A stretch of DNA of 64,000 nt from Macrostomum lignano (Eukaryota), in the NCBI GenBank assembly GCA_002269645.1, contig NIVC01001394.1, positions 1 to 64,000 of the forward strand, given 5' to 3'. The notes under the pieces are model-generated. The model was not told the origin of the DNA. It ran no database searches and was given only the letters and a program-made list of their open reading frames with translations. The position numbers and the translations under genes were made by a program. This document shows positions 1 through 21,620 of this stretch, one piece after another; the stretch's first letter is position 1, and every line of letters begins with the position of its first letter.

Positions 1-735
1 GCTGTGGGAGTTGTCAGCCTAAAATTGTCTGATAACTGAGACTGTTGGGAGTTGTCAGCCTAAAGTTGTCTGATAACTGAGGCTGTGGGAGTTGTCAGCC
101 TAAAATTGTCTGATAACTGAGACTGTTGGAGTTGTTCAGCCTAAAGTTGTCTGATAACTGAGGCTGTTGGGAGTTGTCAGCCTAAATTGTCTGATAACTG
201 AGGCTGTTGGGAGTTGTCAGCCTAAAGTTGTCTGAGAATTGGGACTGTTGGGAGTTGTCAGCCTAAAGTTGTCTGAGAATTGGGACTGTTGGGAGTTGTC
301 AGCCTAAAGTTGTCTGAGAATTGGGACTGTTGGGAGTTGTCAGCCTAAAGTTGTCTGAGAATTGGGGCTGTTGGGAGTTGTCAGCTAAAATTGTCTGATA
401 ACTGAGGCTGTTGGGAGTTGTCAGCCTAAAGTTGTCTGAGAATTGGGGCTGTTGGGAGTTGTCAGCCTAAAATTGTCTGATAACTGAGACTGTTGGGAGT
501 TGTCAGCCTAAAATTCTAAAATTGTCTGATAACTGAGGCTGTTGGGAGTTGTCAGCCTAAAATTGTCTGATAACTGAGGCTGTTGGGAGTTGTCAGCCTA
601 AAGTTGTCTGAGAATTGGGGCTGTTGGGAGTTGTCAGCCTAAAATTGTCTGATAACTGAGACTGTTGGGAGTTGTCAGCCTAAAATTGTCTGATAACTGA
701 GACTGTTGGGAGTTGTCAGCCTAAAGTTGTCTAGG
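1..735. repeat. ~41-bp tandem minisatellite (continues off the left edge)
   Basis: Unit GGCTGTTGGGAGTTGTCAGCCTAAAATTGTCTGATAACTGA, with variant ...GTCTGAGAATTG, repeated about 17 times. Confidence 0.95.
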
Positions 736-1217
736 AATTGGGGCTGTTGGGAAAGAGTTGCCATTCCAGATCTAGAATTGTAGATCTCCATGGGGTAGGA
801 GAACCAGCCTCCTCTCTCCATCTCTCCGCTTCTCAGATTTCTCCGAAATTCGTCCCCAAAGCCGCAGTGGGCCTGCGGAGGGGGAGTATTTTGAAATTCC
901 GAACCCTAACTATCTTATCCCTCGCTCATTCGTGCAACTCGAACGAGTGCGGCTCAGTAAATGAATCGATTCGAAAACTTTTGCGGCGTGACGCTGGGAA
1001 TTATGATGATGGGAGCGCGTGGAAGGCTCACCGGGGCCGATATGGGACCCAACCACCCCCCGCTGGGTGCCGCTGGTGGTGGCTGGTTCCACCGGGCTGA
1101 AGGAGCGTGACTCGAACTAATTATGTGTTTGCGGTTGTGCACAGCTGCTGGATTCTCAGGGACTGCTTTCTGATGCATGAGTAAGGGGAAGTGAGCCTAA
1201 TTGACTGCTTACTTGGC

Positions 1218-1427
1218 TGACAATTGGGACTACTGAGTAGAGTGACAATTGGGACTACTGAATAGAGTGACAATTGAGACTACTGAATAGAGTGACAATT
1301 GGGACTGTTAAATAGAGTGACAATTGGGACTACTGAGTAGAGTGACAATTGGGACTGTTAAATAGAGTGACAATTGGGACTACTGAGTAGAGTGACAATT
1401 GGGACTACTGAATGGAGTGACAATTGA
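1218..1427. repeat. 25-bp minisatellite
   Basis: Unit GTGACAATTGGGACTACTGAGTAGA, about 8 copies. Confidence 0.9.
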
Positions 1428-1962
1428 AAGTCGAAAAATTTTTGTGCAATAAATTCCTCAGAAAGCTGGAAGCCAAATAAACTTCGGATATTTTTCCATT
1501 TTCGAATTATTTTCTAAAGCTACATGCACTTTTACAAATGCGCATGGGCTGAGGGCCTCGAGCCCCCAGCGATCTGTCGGGTCAAAGCGCTTCTGGCTCC
1601 GCTCGCTCATTTTAAAAGAAAATCGCCATGGGACGATTCCTTCCCAGATCCTCAGCAGCCAATGCCCTTAGGGATTAGACATGCTAAAGGATGTCTCCAA
1701 CAGCTTTGATGTCAACTTTATCTATTTATTTCCATCGAGGGTTTTTAACAGATTGGGCATGGAATCTCTGTAATGAGATTAGTCTAAATCATGTTTCACA
1801 GGCTCCTCAAGGGTCATTTTCCCGATAATGACCTCAAATTGAATTGAGATGCAACCAGAAGTTCCTCGTTGGAAATTCGGAAAAATTTCTGTGTCATCAT
1901 TTTAAACTGGCCCAACTGTTGCATTGTCCGGCAAAGTTGTTGCAAAAATAAGCTCTGTCTAT

Positions 1963-2391
<429 letters not shown>

Positions 2392-2867
2392 GGGTTTCAA
2401 AGAACAAGATTGACTGCCGCACCAGTTATTCGGGGTCGCAGCCCTCCCGTCTCCCAGCCACTCAGTCTGACACTTGACAAATGGGCAAAAGTTGGATTTC
2501 AGTTTTCGCCTCCCGTAGATTTATTATTTGACAGATGGCAAAGGATTAAGGGATGCAAAAGCAGAACCTTTTACGGTGCCGAGGCTGCACTGGTTAAGAG
2601 AGCATCTCCCGCCTGCAATCGGAGAGATTGGCGTGTAAAAATTGACAAGGTTTTCCTGTACACGCAAGATAAGGCAGCAGCAGCAAGCAGCGCGAATCCA
2701 ATAAACTGCGGCTAATGCGCAGGAGACGGCAAAGGAGGCCCCAGGCAGCTCTTACCACCTGTTGGTCCGCCCTGTTCATGGAGGGTCCGCTCTTGCGGCC
2801 ATGCAAGCTTGCAGGCTGGTTGGGATGGCGAGAGAGGAAGAATGATTTTCTTGCAGAAGATAAGCCA

Positions 2868-2868
<1 letters not shown>

Positions 2869-2902
<34 letters not shown>
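2869..2902. repeat. (CTG)n trinucleotide tract
   Basis: About 11 CTG units. Confidence 0.9.
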
Positions 2903-3196
2903 AAAAACCTGTGCGGATGTTTTGGAAGAAGGGTCGCTTTGGTTTCAGCTTTCTAATTAAAATCAACGTACATCGATGCACCTGTAGATATTGAACCGAA
3001 ATTCACTGTCACTATTTTTAGCTGTATAAAGTAGGCCACTCTGCATGTAATGTCTGTTTGATATTGCTGCGGAATCTGCTTCTGGTAAACCTTGGAATGT
3101 CCTTAGGAATGTGTTTCGCCTGAGAAGTTATGTGAGTCCTTAGGGAGGGGTGTACGAGCTTTGAAGCTAAGGAATGCTTAGGTTTTAAGGTAGTGG

Positions 3197-4115
3197 ATGT
3201 CACGGGGAGGAAGGCATGTGGATCTCACAGGGAAGGCTAGGATGTCACAAGGAAGGCTAGGATGTCACAAGGAAGGCTAGGATGTCACAAGGAAGGCTAG
3301 GATGTCACAAGGAAGGCTAGGATATCACAGGAGAGGCTGGGATGTCACAGGAAAGGCTAGGATGTCACAAGGAAGGCTAGGATATCACAGGAAAGGCTAG
3401 GATGTCACAGGAAAGGCTAGGATGTCACAGGAAAGGCTAGGATGTCACGGGAAAGGCTAGGATGTCACAGGGAGGATGCATGGATGTCACAGGGATGAGG
3501 AATGGATGTCACAGGGAGGATGTATGGATGTCACAGGGATGAGGAATGGATGTCACAGGGAGGATGTATGGATGTCACAGGGATGAGGAATGGATGTCAC
3601 AGGAGGATGCATGGATGTCACAGGGAGGATGCATGGATGTCACAGGGAGGATGCATGGATGTCACAGGGAGGATGCATGGATGTCACAGGGAGGATGCAT
3701 GAATGTCACAGGGAGGATGCATGGATGTCACAGGGATGAGGAATGGATGTCACAGGGAGGATGTATGGATGTCACAGGGATGAGGAATGGATGTCACAGG
3801 GAGGATGCATGGATGTCACAGGGAGGATGTATGGATGTCACAGGGATGAGGAATGGATGTCACAGGGAGGATGCATGGATGTCACAGGGATGAGGAATGG
3901 ATGTCACAGGGAGGATGTATGGATGTCACAGGGATGAGGAATGGATGTCACAGGGAGGATGCATGGATGTCACAGGGAGGATGCATGGATGTCACAGGGA
4001 GGATGCATGGATGTCACAGGGAGGATGCATGGATGTCACAGGGAGGATGCATGAATGTCACAGGGAGGATGCATGAATGTCACAGGGATGAGGAATGGAT
4101 GTCACAGGGAAGGCG
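3197..4115. repeat. Compound 20-22-bp minisatellite upstream of the NMDAR gene
   Basis: GGATGTCACAAGGAAGGCTA (20 bp) grading into GGATGTCACAGGGAGGATGCAT and GGATGTCACAGGGATGAGGAAT units that share the GGATGTCAC core. Confidence 0.93.
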
Positions 4116-4262
4116 TGGATATCACGGGAAAGACGAGGAGGTCACAGGGGGGAGGCGGGGCCGCCACACGTAGGAGCCTGTGAGCATCACTGAAAAGTGT
4201 GAATGTCACCAGAACTGACGGCACAGTTTCCACACGAATTCCGCCGCCACCCCACAGTTGCC

Positions 4263-14610
<10,348 letters not shown>

Positions 14611-14751
14611 ACAAGATTCTAATTCTTGCTCCGACATCATTCATTTGATTGCCCAAAAATATACTTAGCAACAGTAAAAAATTCCACCCTCCAAGCGAGA
14701 TGAAAATTTTCTCACTTATTGCGACAACTTCTCACTCACAATTAAACCCTC

Positions 14752-15284
14752 CGGGGGGGTCTTTCTCGAAAGCAACTTACGATCGACCATAGACGTAAGT
14801 TGGGTAAGCTACACTTACGGGTTGCTCGAAGGGCTCGCAAGTTAGCTATGCGTAAGATTGATCGCAACTTTACGAGTTCGTAACTTTGCGCAAAAGACTG
14901 TTTCTCGAAACGTTCGTATGTCTTTGGTCTTTCGTAAGATTGATCTTAACCCTACGACTGCTCGGTATCAGTCGTAAGACGCACATAAGCACTAATCGCA
15001 TAGTACGTGAAGCTTTAGTCAAGCCAAGTCAAGTTAAACTTTATCGAAGGTGGGTCTTTCTCGAAAGCAACTTACGATAGACTAAGTAAAGATATTTGCA
15101 GATTTATATGACCATAGACATGCAACTTTTCGTTTCAGATACGACTTACTAACAGCGTAAGCCACGCAAAGTCTAAGTGAGTTTTGAGAAAGCATCTTAC
15201 GAGCAAACTTACGCTACACGTAAATTTCTTTCTTACGATCTAACTTACCATAGAACTTACGTGAGTTTCGAGAAACACCCCCCG
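14752..15284. mobile_element. Non-autonomous TIR element (~530 bp), possibly PIF/Harbinger-like
   Basis: Inverted termini GGGGGGTCTTTCTCGAAA ... TTTCGAGAAACACCCCCC; internal CTTACG/CGTAAG subrepeats; no ORF. TSD not resolved. Confidence 0.65.
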
Positions 15285-16353
15285 GTTACGCAACTTGGAA
15301 GGGAAAGTTGATTGAATCAATAATAAACGTCAGTCGCACAAAATCAACAGTTTATTTATTATGCAATATGCAGTTAGAATCGCGATGCTTAATAACGCGT
15401 GAGAGATCCCCTCGCACGCAGAAGTGCATGCGGCGACTCTGCGGGGCATCCCCAGGATGAGGCGGCACAGAAAGTCTTGGGGAAGCTGCTGCCAAGCGTT
15501 TTCAATGGCATGACGCAGCTCCGCAACATTCTGTGGTGAATTCTCTTTTCGAATAGTACATTAATACCCATGCTTTAAGGGCGTTAATGAGAAATCAGAG
15601 AGCATAGACAGATTCTTTCACGGCAGCAATTGCGTAAGCTGAAGCCGCGTAGCCATTACCTTTGTGCGAGCGGGCACAAAGGTCATAGTCCCAGACATGC
15701 TCGATGGGATTGGGAACCGGGAAGGCAAGTGCAGAGTGCGCAGCTGTAGCTGTTCTTCCAGTTGACAAACAGCATCGGCTCGGTGTGGCGGCGTAATGGT
15801 ACCATTAAGCAGATCCAGTCTTCCAGCGTGCCGTAAGTTGAGTCACTCGCAATAAGTAAGAGATAAATTTATCTCGCTTGTAGGGTGGAACTTTTGACTG
15901 TTGCCGAGTATGAATCTCAGTTTGTAGTTTAAAAGCGAATTCGAATCATTTGCCAGCCACATATTTAACTGCACAAGCCAATCAACGAGTGTGAAAATAT
16001 TGCAACCGCTTTCAACCGCTTTGAAGTGTAAATAAAATTAAATAAAGACGCTGCATTTTTTTCGAAATAAGGCTACATGAACAACCTATGTGCTGATATA
16101 TACTTGGTCTATTTATTTTGCGAATCAGAACGTCACAACAACAACTACTCTGCTTGCCAATGAGGAATTAAAAAATGTTATTTTAGAGAGTGCGGAGTAT
16201 TTTCCAAGAGGAATATTGACTTATGAAAAATGGCAAGTATTGGGGAAGAAATGGGAATTGGCCCAGCCCAGCCTGCGCTTAAGTCCGTATTGGGAATTCT
16301 AGTTTGCCAACAACTGCAAGTGTCCCGACTGCGTCTCGCCGCTGATTCTCCGT

Positions 16354-17181
16354 TCACTTCTCGGTCACTTCCATCTTGTTCTCCACCGGAATGTCGCGCG
16401 GCTCCGGCAGCGCCAGATTCGGCGCCGGCGCCTCGATCTGCAGGGTGCCGCAATCGGTCAGCCGGCTGACCAGACGCTCCCGGTCGACGCCCTGCGGCAG
16501 GGTGAACTCGCGGTGCATGCTGCGGTGCACCAGCTGGCCTTCACGCTCGTCGCGATGCTCGGCGCGGACGACAACTCTGTCGCCGACCTGGCGCACTGTA
16601 ACCTCTTCCGGGTGGAAGTCGCGAACCGGCACGGTGACCTGGAAGCGAGTCTCGCCGGTCTTCTCGTCCTTCACCAGCTGCTCGTGCACGGAGGTGATGC
16701 CCGGACCGCGCAGCAGGCTACGCATCTCGTCCCAGCTGTTAGCGCCCAGCTGGGCCAGGGCGTTGCTGGCGTCGCCGCTGCCGCTCTTTTCAGCGCGGAT
16801 GTAGGGCGCCCGCACGACGAGGAAGCCCTCCTTGGTCATGCGAGTCTCCACTTTGTCAGCGTCCACATCCTCCGGAAGGGCGACGGTCTTGCGCACCTCG
16901 GACATGTCTTCGCCTTCCTGGCGCTTGGCGTGAATGCGCACCTTGCGATCCTCTACCTTGACGGCCACCTCGTCAGCGCGGAAGTCGCTCAGCTTGACGG
17001 CGGTGCTGAAGTAGCGGTGATGGGCGGCCCGGTGACGCTTGGGCTGCAGGTTGCGCTCCAGCTCGTAGAACGGGTGGAACAGGGCATCGCTGAACAGGTC
17101 GTTGAAGTCCTCGAAGATGCTCTGCATCCGGTTCGGATACTCGAACGACTTGAACACGTTGCTCGGATAGAGGGCGGACAT
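16354..17181 (-). CDS. Small heat-shock protein with two alpha-crystallin domains (p40/major-egg-antigen-like), 275 aa
   Basis: ATG at 17181 (MSALYPSNVF). Domain 1: VKLSDFRADEVAVKV...VRKTVALPEDVD...EGFLVVRAP. Domain 2: FQVTVPVRDFHPEEVTV...MHREFTLPQGVD...GTLQIEAP. C-terminal IPV (IXI/V) motif; GC-rich codon usage. Confidence 0.93.
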   Translation of the reverse strand: MSALYPSNVFKSFEYPNRMQSIFEDFNDLFSDALFHPFYELERNLQPKRHRAAHHRYFSTAVKLSDFRADEVAVKVEDRKVRIHAKRQEGEDMSEVRKTVALPEDVDADKVETRMTKEGFLVVRAPYIRAEKSGSGDASNALAQLGANSWDEMRSLLRGPGITSVHEQLVKDEKTGETRFQVTVPVRDFHPEEVTVRQVGDRVVVRAEHRDEREGQLVHRSMHREFTLPQGVDRERLVSRLTDCGTLQIEAPAPNLALPEPRDIPVENKMEVTEK

Positions 17182-17294
17182 CTTAATCAAGTTTGCTCTG
17201 AGAAGAGAAAGGAGAAAACAGGACAATCTGCAGACAGGAAGCGTCAAAATGTTATTGAAGTGGCAGTGAAGAGACAGCCAGCGAGTCTGGCCTG

Positions 17295-17303
17295 GTTATA
17301 TAG
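17295..17303 (-). promoter_or_regulatory. Candidate TATA box for the sHSP gene
   Basis: Minus strand CTATATAAC about 115 nt upstream of the ATG. Confidence 0.5.
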
Positions 17304-18577
17304 ACAGCGGCTTGGCTTCCAGTCGGGGTGTGGCAGAGAGACTAACTCACAAAGTTCAGACTGTTGTGCACTGCGCTTAAGCCTAATTCGTAGCTTAGTT
17401 GCGCCTCTATTTCGCAATAATAAATTGGGCAGTTCTGATTGGCCTGTCTAGGCCAGAGGTGTGTTTTATAATTAATTGAATCGGCTTGGCTTGCAGGTCT
17501 ACACAGTTCTGAACTGAATCGGGGCGGATCGATAATTGTCAGCCGACTAGAATGTGAAGTGCTATAAATTGAATAGCTCTATTGACTCTGTGTACACTAG
17601 CTTAATTAGGTCATTTCTTATCGCTAATTGGCCTATAGCGCTGGTACATTCATTGTACAATAAGGCCGCCATGGAAGACTTACTAGCTGTTTATCACCTT
17701 CCAATTAGCAAAACAGCTTCTGTTTTGGACAACAAATACAACTTAGTAAGATAAAAGTACACCAAGGTTACAAGTGCATGCACTGACGACTCAGACATGA
17801 TGACTCACCTATACTTACTGATGAAAAATCCTTCAACTGTTGAATGAGCTATTATGCTATGCAGTTAATTGATCCGTGAGAGTTGATCGAAAGGATTGCA
17901 ATGGGACACAATGCGTCTGCTAAGAGAGTAAGAATTGGGACTTGTAGTGCTAAATATTCTAAGCCGGTTTAGTCTCTAATATATATCCTACAGACGGGCC
18001 CGACTAGCCTGTATTTCATTCTTTTAAGCTATTGTATTATTGTCCATGGCTGAAAGTTCGAGAATTTAGTACTTTTTTGTTCCTTCGAGTACATTATAGT
18101 TAGTGGTATGATTTTTATTACTTATAGTAGGGATTTCGAGAATATCAATGAAATGCATCAAGTATAAAACAAAGAAGCTTTTTGCCATAGATAAAAGTGG
18201 CTATATTTTCTTTTATCTTCTAAAAGTAGGCAATTCCAGTGGTAGCCCTGCTGCCGAAAGACCACGTTCACTCACTCCTGCTTCTCTGCGTCTAATGGCC
18301 AATGGATTGCCCATGCTCGGCAGTATATACTCAACAACATTGAAAAGTCGCAACCTTTGAGAGTGCGCAGTAAATTCTAGCTCAGTATTATTGACTTTTG
18401 AAATGGTTGGCCAGAGATAAAAATAAATGGCTCAGATTAGCACTCCATTCTATTCTTTCCTCCATGGTAGTATCTGCATTGATTGAATTGTCTGTGGTCG
18501 AAACAAGACTCAGTTAATGACCAGCCATTAATTAAGCAGGGGTTTATTACCGTGAAGTGAGACATTGTATCTCGCTA

Positions 18578-19116
18578 CACCTTTTTGCGTTCTTTTTCGA
18601 TAAAACTGCATTCAATTTTGGCAAACTGACTTTCATTTTCGGCATCAGCTACGGCCGTACATCCAAACTTGCTTGCTGATGAGTGCACAGGTTTTTGCGT
18701 GTTCAATTACACCTTAACTGTACTCCAAATGCAGTACTTGTTCAGAATCTAAGAAATCCTCTCTTCTGTCTTTATTCCCTTCTTAGATTGGCGCTGTCGA
18801 AATTGAGTGCAGTTTGCCGAAATTGAAAATCATTTTTGGGTTTAGATGCGCTTATTTCCATAGACAGTCTGTGTCTGAGCTGTCTATGGAATTTCGGCTG
18901 GCTGCCGAAGTTGAATGCAGTTTGCCGAATTTGAATATCAGTTTGTCTAAATAGAAACTCGAGTTACCGAAATTGAATGCAGTTTGCCGAAATTGTTTCT
19001 CGGTTTGTCGAACTCGAATGCAGTTTGGATGTGCGGCCGTAGCTGATGCCGAAAATGAAAGCCAGTTTTTTTCCGAAATTGAATGCAGTTTTATCGAATT
19101 AGAACGCAAAAAGGTG
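18578..19116. mobile_element. MITE with ~90-bp TIRs and TA target duplication (Tc1/mariner-type)
   Basis: TA|CACCTTTTTGCGTTCT...AGAACGCAAAAAGGTG|TA. The inverted match extends through CATCAGCTACGGCCG / CGGCCGTAGCTGATG. Confidence 0.82.
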
Positions 19117-19259
19117 TACGCTCGCAGTGCGTGTGTTAAATGGTAGATTTATCTCTAGGTGATAGATTCATTGATTTATGGGCAAAGCATTCTTCTGGTT
19201 TTAGCCATAGACATATATAGATTGGAATTTACCGCACGCATGGACTATAAGAGGGATAA

Positions 19260-19784
19260 GTGAAATTTAGGTTTGGCCAGAAAGTAGAGACGAGAGAAGA
19301 AATACAACCGAAAATGTCTCGAATCATTAGACTAATTGACTACTCTAAATTTCCGAATGAAATGATTTCTGGTCTTACGTCTACGGAGATTGATCAGGCT
19401 TTGGCCTGGCAGGAAGTGATGGCACTGGTTGACGAGCAACTGGGTGTCGCTGACGATTTTACCGAAGATCTCCACGAGGTGAGCAACAAACTCTTCGAAT
19501 TGTTACCGGAGATCGATGGACCTGGCCAGGAAGAATCTGCACTGACGCAGTTGGACGTAGATTTGCAGGAACTTGAGAAGATCAACTGTGTTGAAGGGAC
19601 AAAGCGACAAGAAGTTCTCTACTTGGGCCTCTTTCGGAAGTTTGTATCTGCATATCCGGCCATGAAGTTCGAAGAGACTTCCTGTACGAAGGAGGATCTG
19701 CATAATGCCCTGCGCTATTTCTACGGGACATTGAAGAGGCGTGATGGAAAGGCTTATGCTCCTGCGACATTTGGAAAGATGTGA
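19260..19784 (+). pseudogene. Crypton-like tyrosine-recombinase transposon remnant (N-terminal/core-binding region)
   Basis: EDLHNALRYFYGTLKRRDGKAYAPATF resembles the L..L..FY...R..DG..Y...S motif of Crypton recombinases and their ZMYM/KCTD1/QRICH1 derivatives. The ORF stops before any catalytic domain; a shifted frame continues KDAATNRCVL. Confidence 0.6.
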
Positions 19785-21620
19785 AAGACGCCGCAACTAA
19801 CAGGTGTGTTCTTGATGTACTAGGTTTGCCATAAAAACTTTGCTTTGTTTGTCGTTGCACTTTTTAATGTGCACTTGTTCATCTATTGACTTAAATAAAT
19901 TTAATAAGTTGAATACGTGCGGGAATTTACAGCACGGTGGGTGGAATTTACAGCAACGGCTTGGGATTTACTGCACAGTCGCGTTATTGGTGAAGGATTG
20001 CTTTTTGGCCATAGACAATGAATAGTGTCAGCAATTTAAGAATGCTTGGCCATATGTCAATGACTTGTTACTGTGTAAGAAACGCAGTTGTCTATGGTTT
20101 AAACACATTACACAAAGCGCGGGCGAGCAGCGTGAACAAAACGCAGGTCAGCGTGTAAGAAACGCAGTGTCTGGACCATAGACAACTGCGTCGATTACAC
20201 GCTGACCAAAGTACGACGTATATTTCTTTTTTCAGGATGCAAGTAAACTGATTATATAAACAGAGCAAATTCAACACCGTTCATAGATAGTAAGCTCACA
20301 ATGTAAATCAGTGATTCCATCATCCATGTCTCTAACCACGAAACACTCAGTCGTAGAGTTGTCAGTGGAAATTGAACACAATATAGGTCGATTGCCAATC
20401 GTACACGAATCCGTGTAACAGTGGCAGGCGGTACATGTATTGATTGACTGACCAATTGTCACTGACTCGATAGTTGAAACAACCGCGCCTTCTTGCCTGG
20501 CAGCTATTGGCATACATGCGGGATCTTTCTTGCGGGCTGATACCAGATTCTTGCCATCGGAATGCAGCGACACAGCGACAGACTCTGTGACATTTGCCGC
20601 ATCTCGGCATCTCGTCGACTGCCAAATCGAAGGTACCGCGATATCCAGGGTCCTTTAGAGCGGGCTCCATTCTAAAGTTCTATTTGCTATCTCAATCTTA
20701 GATTACTCCTTTCCTTTCTTATAGTCTTACAGTCAGTGTGAAAGGAAAATTCTCTATGGGTGACGGCCATTCAGTGCAGCGTGTAAGAAGCGAAGCCGCA
20801 TGTCTATGAAATATACTATTGAGATTACAATTACACTTAATATATCGATGCTTTGTGATAAAATAGTCTATGGCACAAGTCACGCGGCATCGACATATTA
20901 ATCTTCCTTTTCCTTATAAAAAGCAGGAGACATGCAGTAATTGCAAGAAATAAACTAAAATCAGCCCACCCCAAAACCAGTGGTCAGCATACAAGTGGCA
21001 GATCGATAACTCTCCACTCTCTGCAGTTTTTACCAGCCTAAGCTGGGCCTTGTGACGCAAATTTCACCACCTACAGTTCAGTTGAGACAAGGACCCTGGA
21101 CGCGTGGTGTCAATTATGTCACTTTGGGACTGAGATGTGAAAAAAGTTCACCACCGGTTTCGGGTTGGAAAATTGAACGTTTCAGCTTTTAGCAGTTCGA
21201 CAGCGTTCAGTTGGTTCTTGTACGGCAGGCACGTCTCCAGTTGCAGCACAGCGGCAGGTGTTGCTCAGAAACCAGGGGTCGCAAAAATCCCGGGATCGCA
21301 TGGATTATAACATGTACACACCGTGTACAGTGTATAGTTTGCACACCATACAGTCAACATCAGAACTTCATAGACTCACGTCACAACTCACAAGCATGGC
21401 TGATAAGTCACACAGACTCGCAAGCTTAAGATCTTTAAATGGTTTTTTTTCGACCCCCCCCCAAAGGTTAGACCATAGACATGTCCCGGGCCACACATTG
21501 ATGAGTTCATAAATGTATGACAGCGATTTCCATATATCAAGACGCGCTATTTATGGTAGACTCAGATATTTACATTATTCGCATTGGGACGTGAGCAGAT
21601 CCCGAAACTTCTCTCTCTTC

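Noticed and set aside
4203-4262. Upstream in-frame ATG at 4203 as the NMDAR start
   Set aside because: It would place 20 residues before a clean signal peptide, and a CAG acceptor at 4257 separates it from the ATG at 4263.
16376-17451. 312-aa and 142-aa plus-strand ORFs
   Set aside because: Antisense shadows of the GC-rich sHSP CDS.
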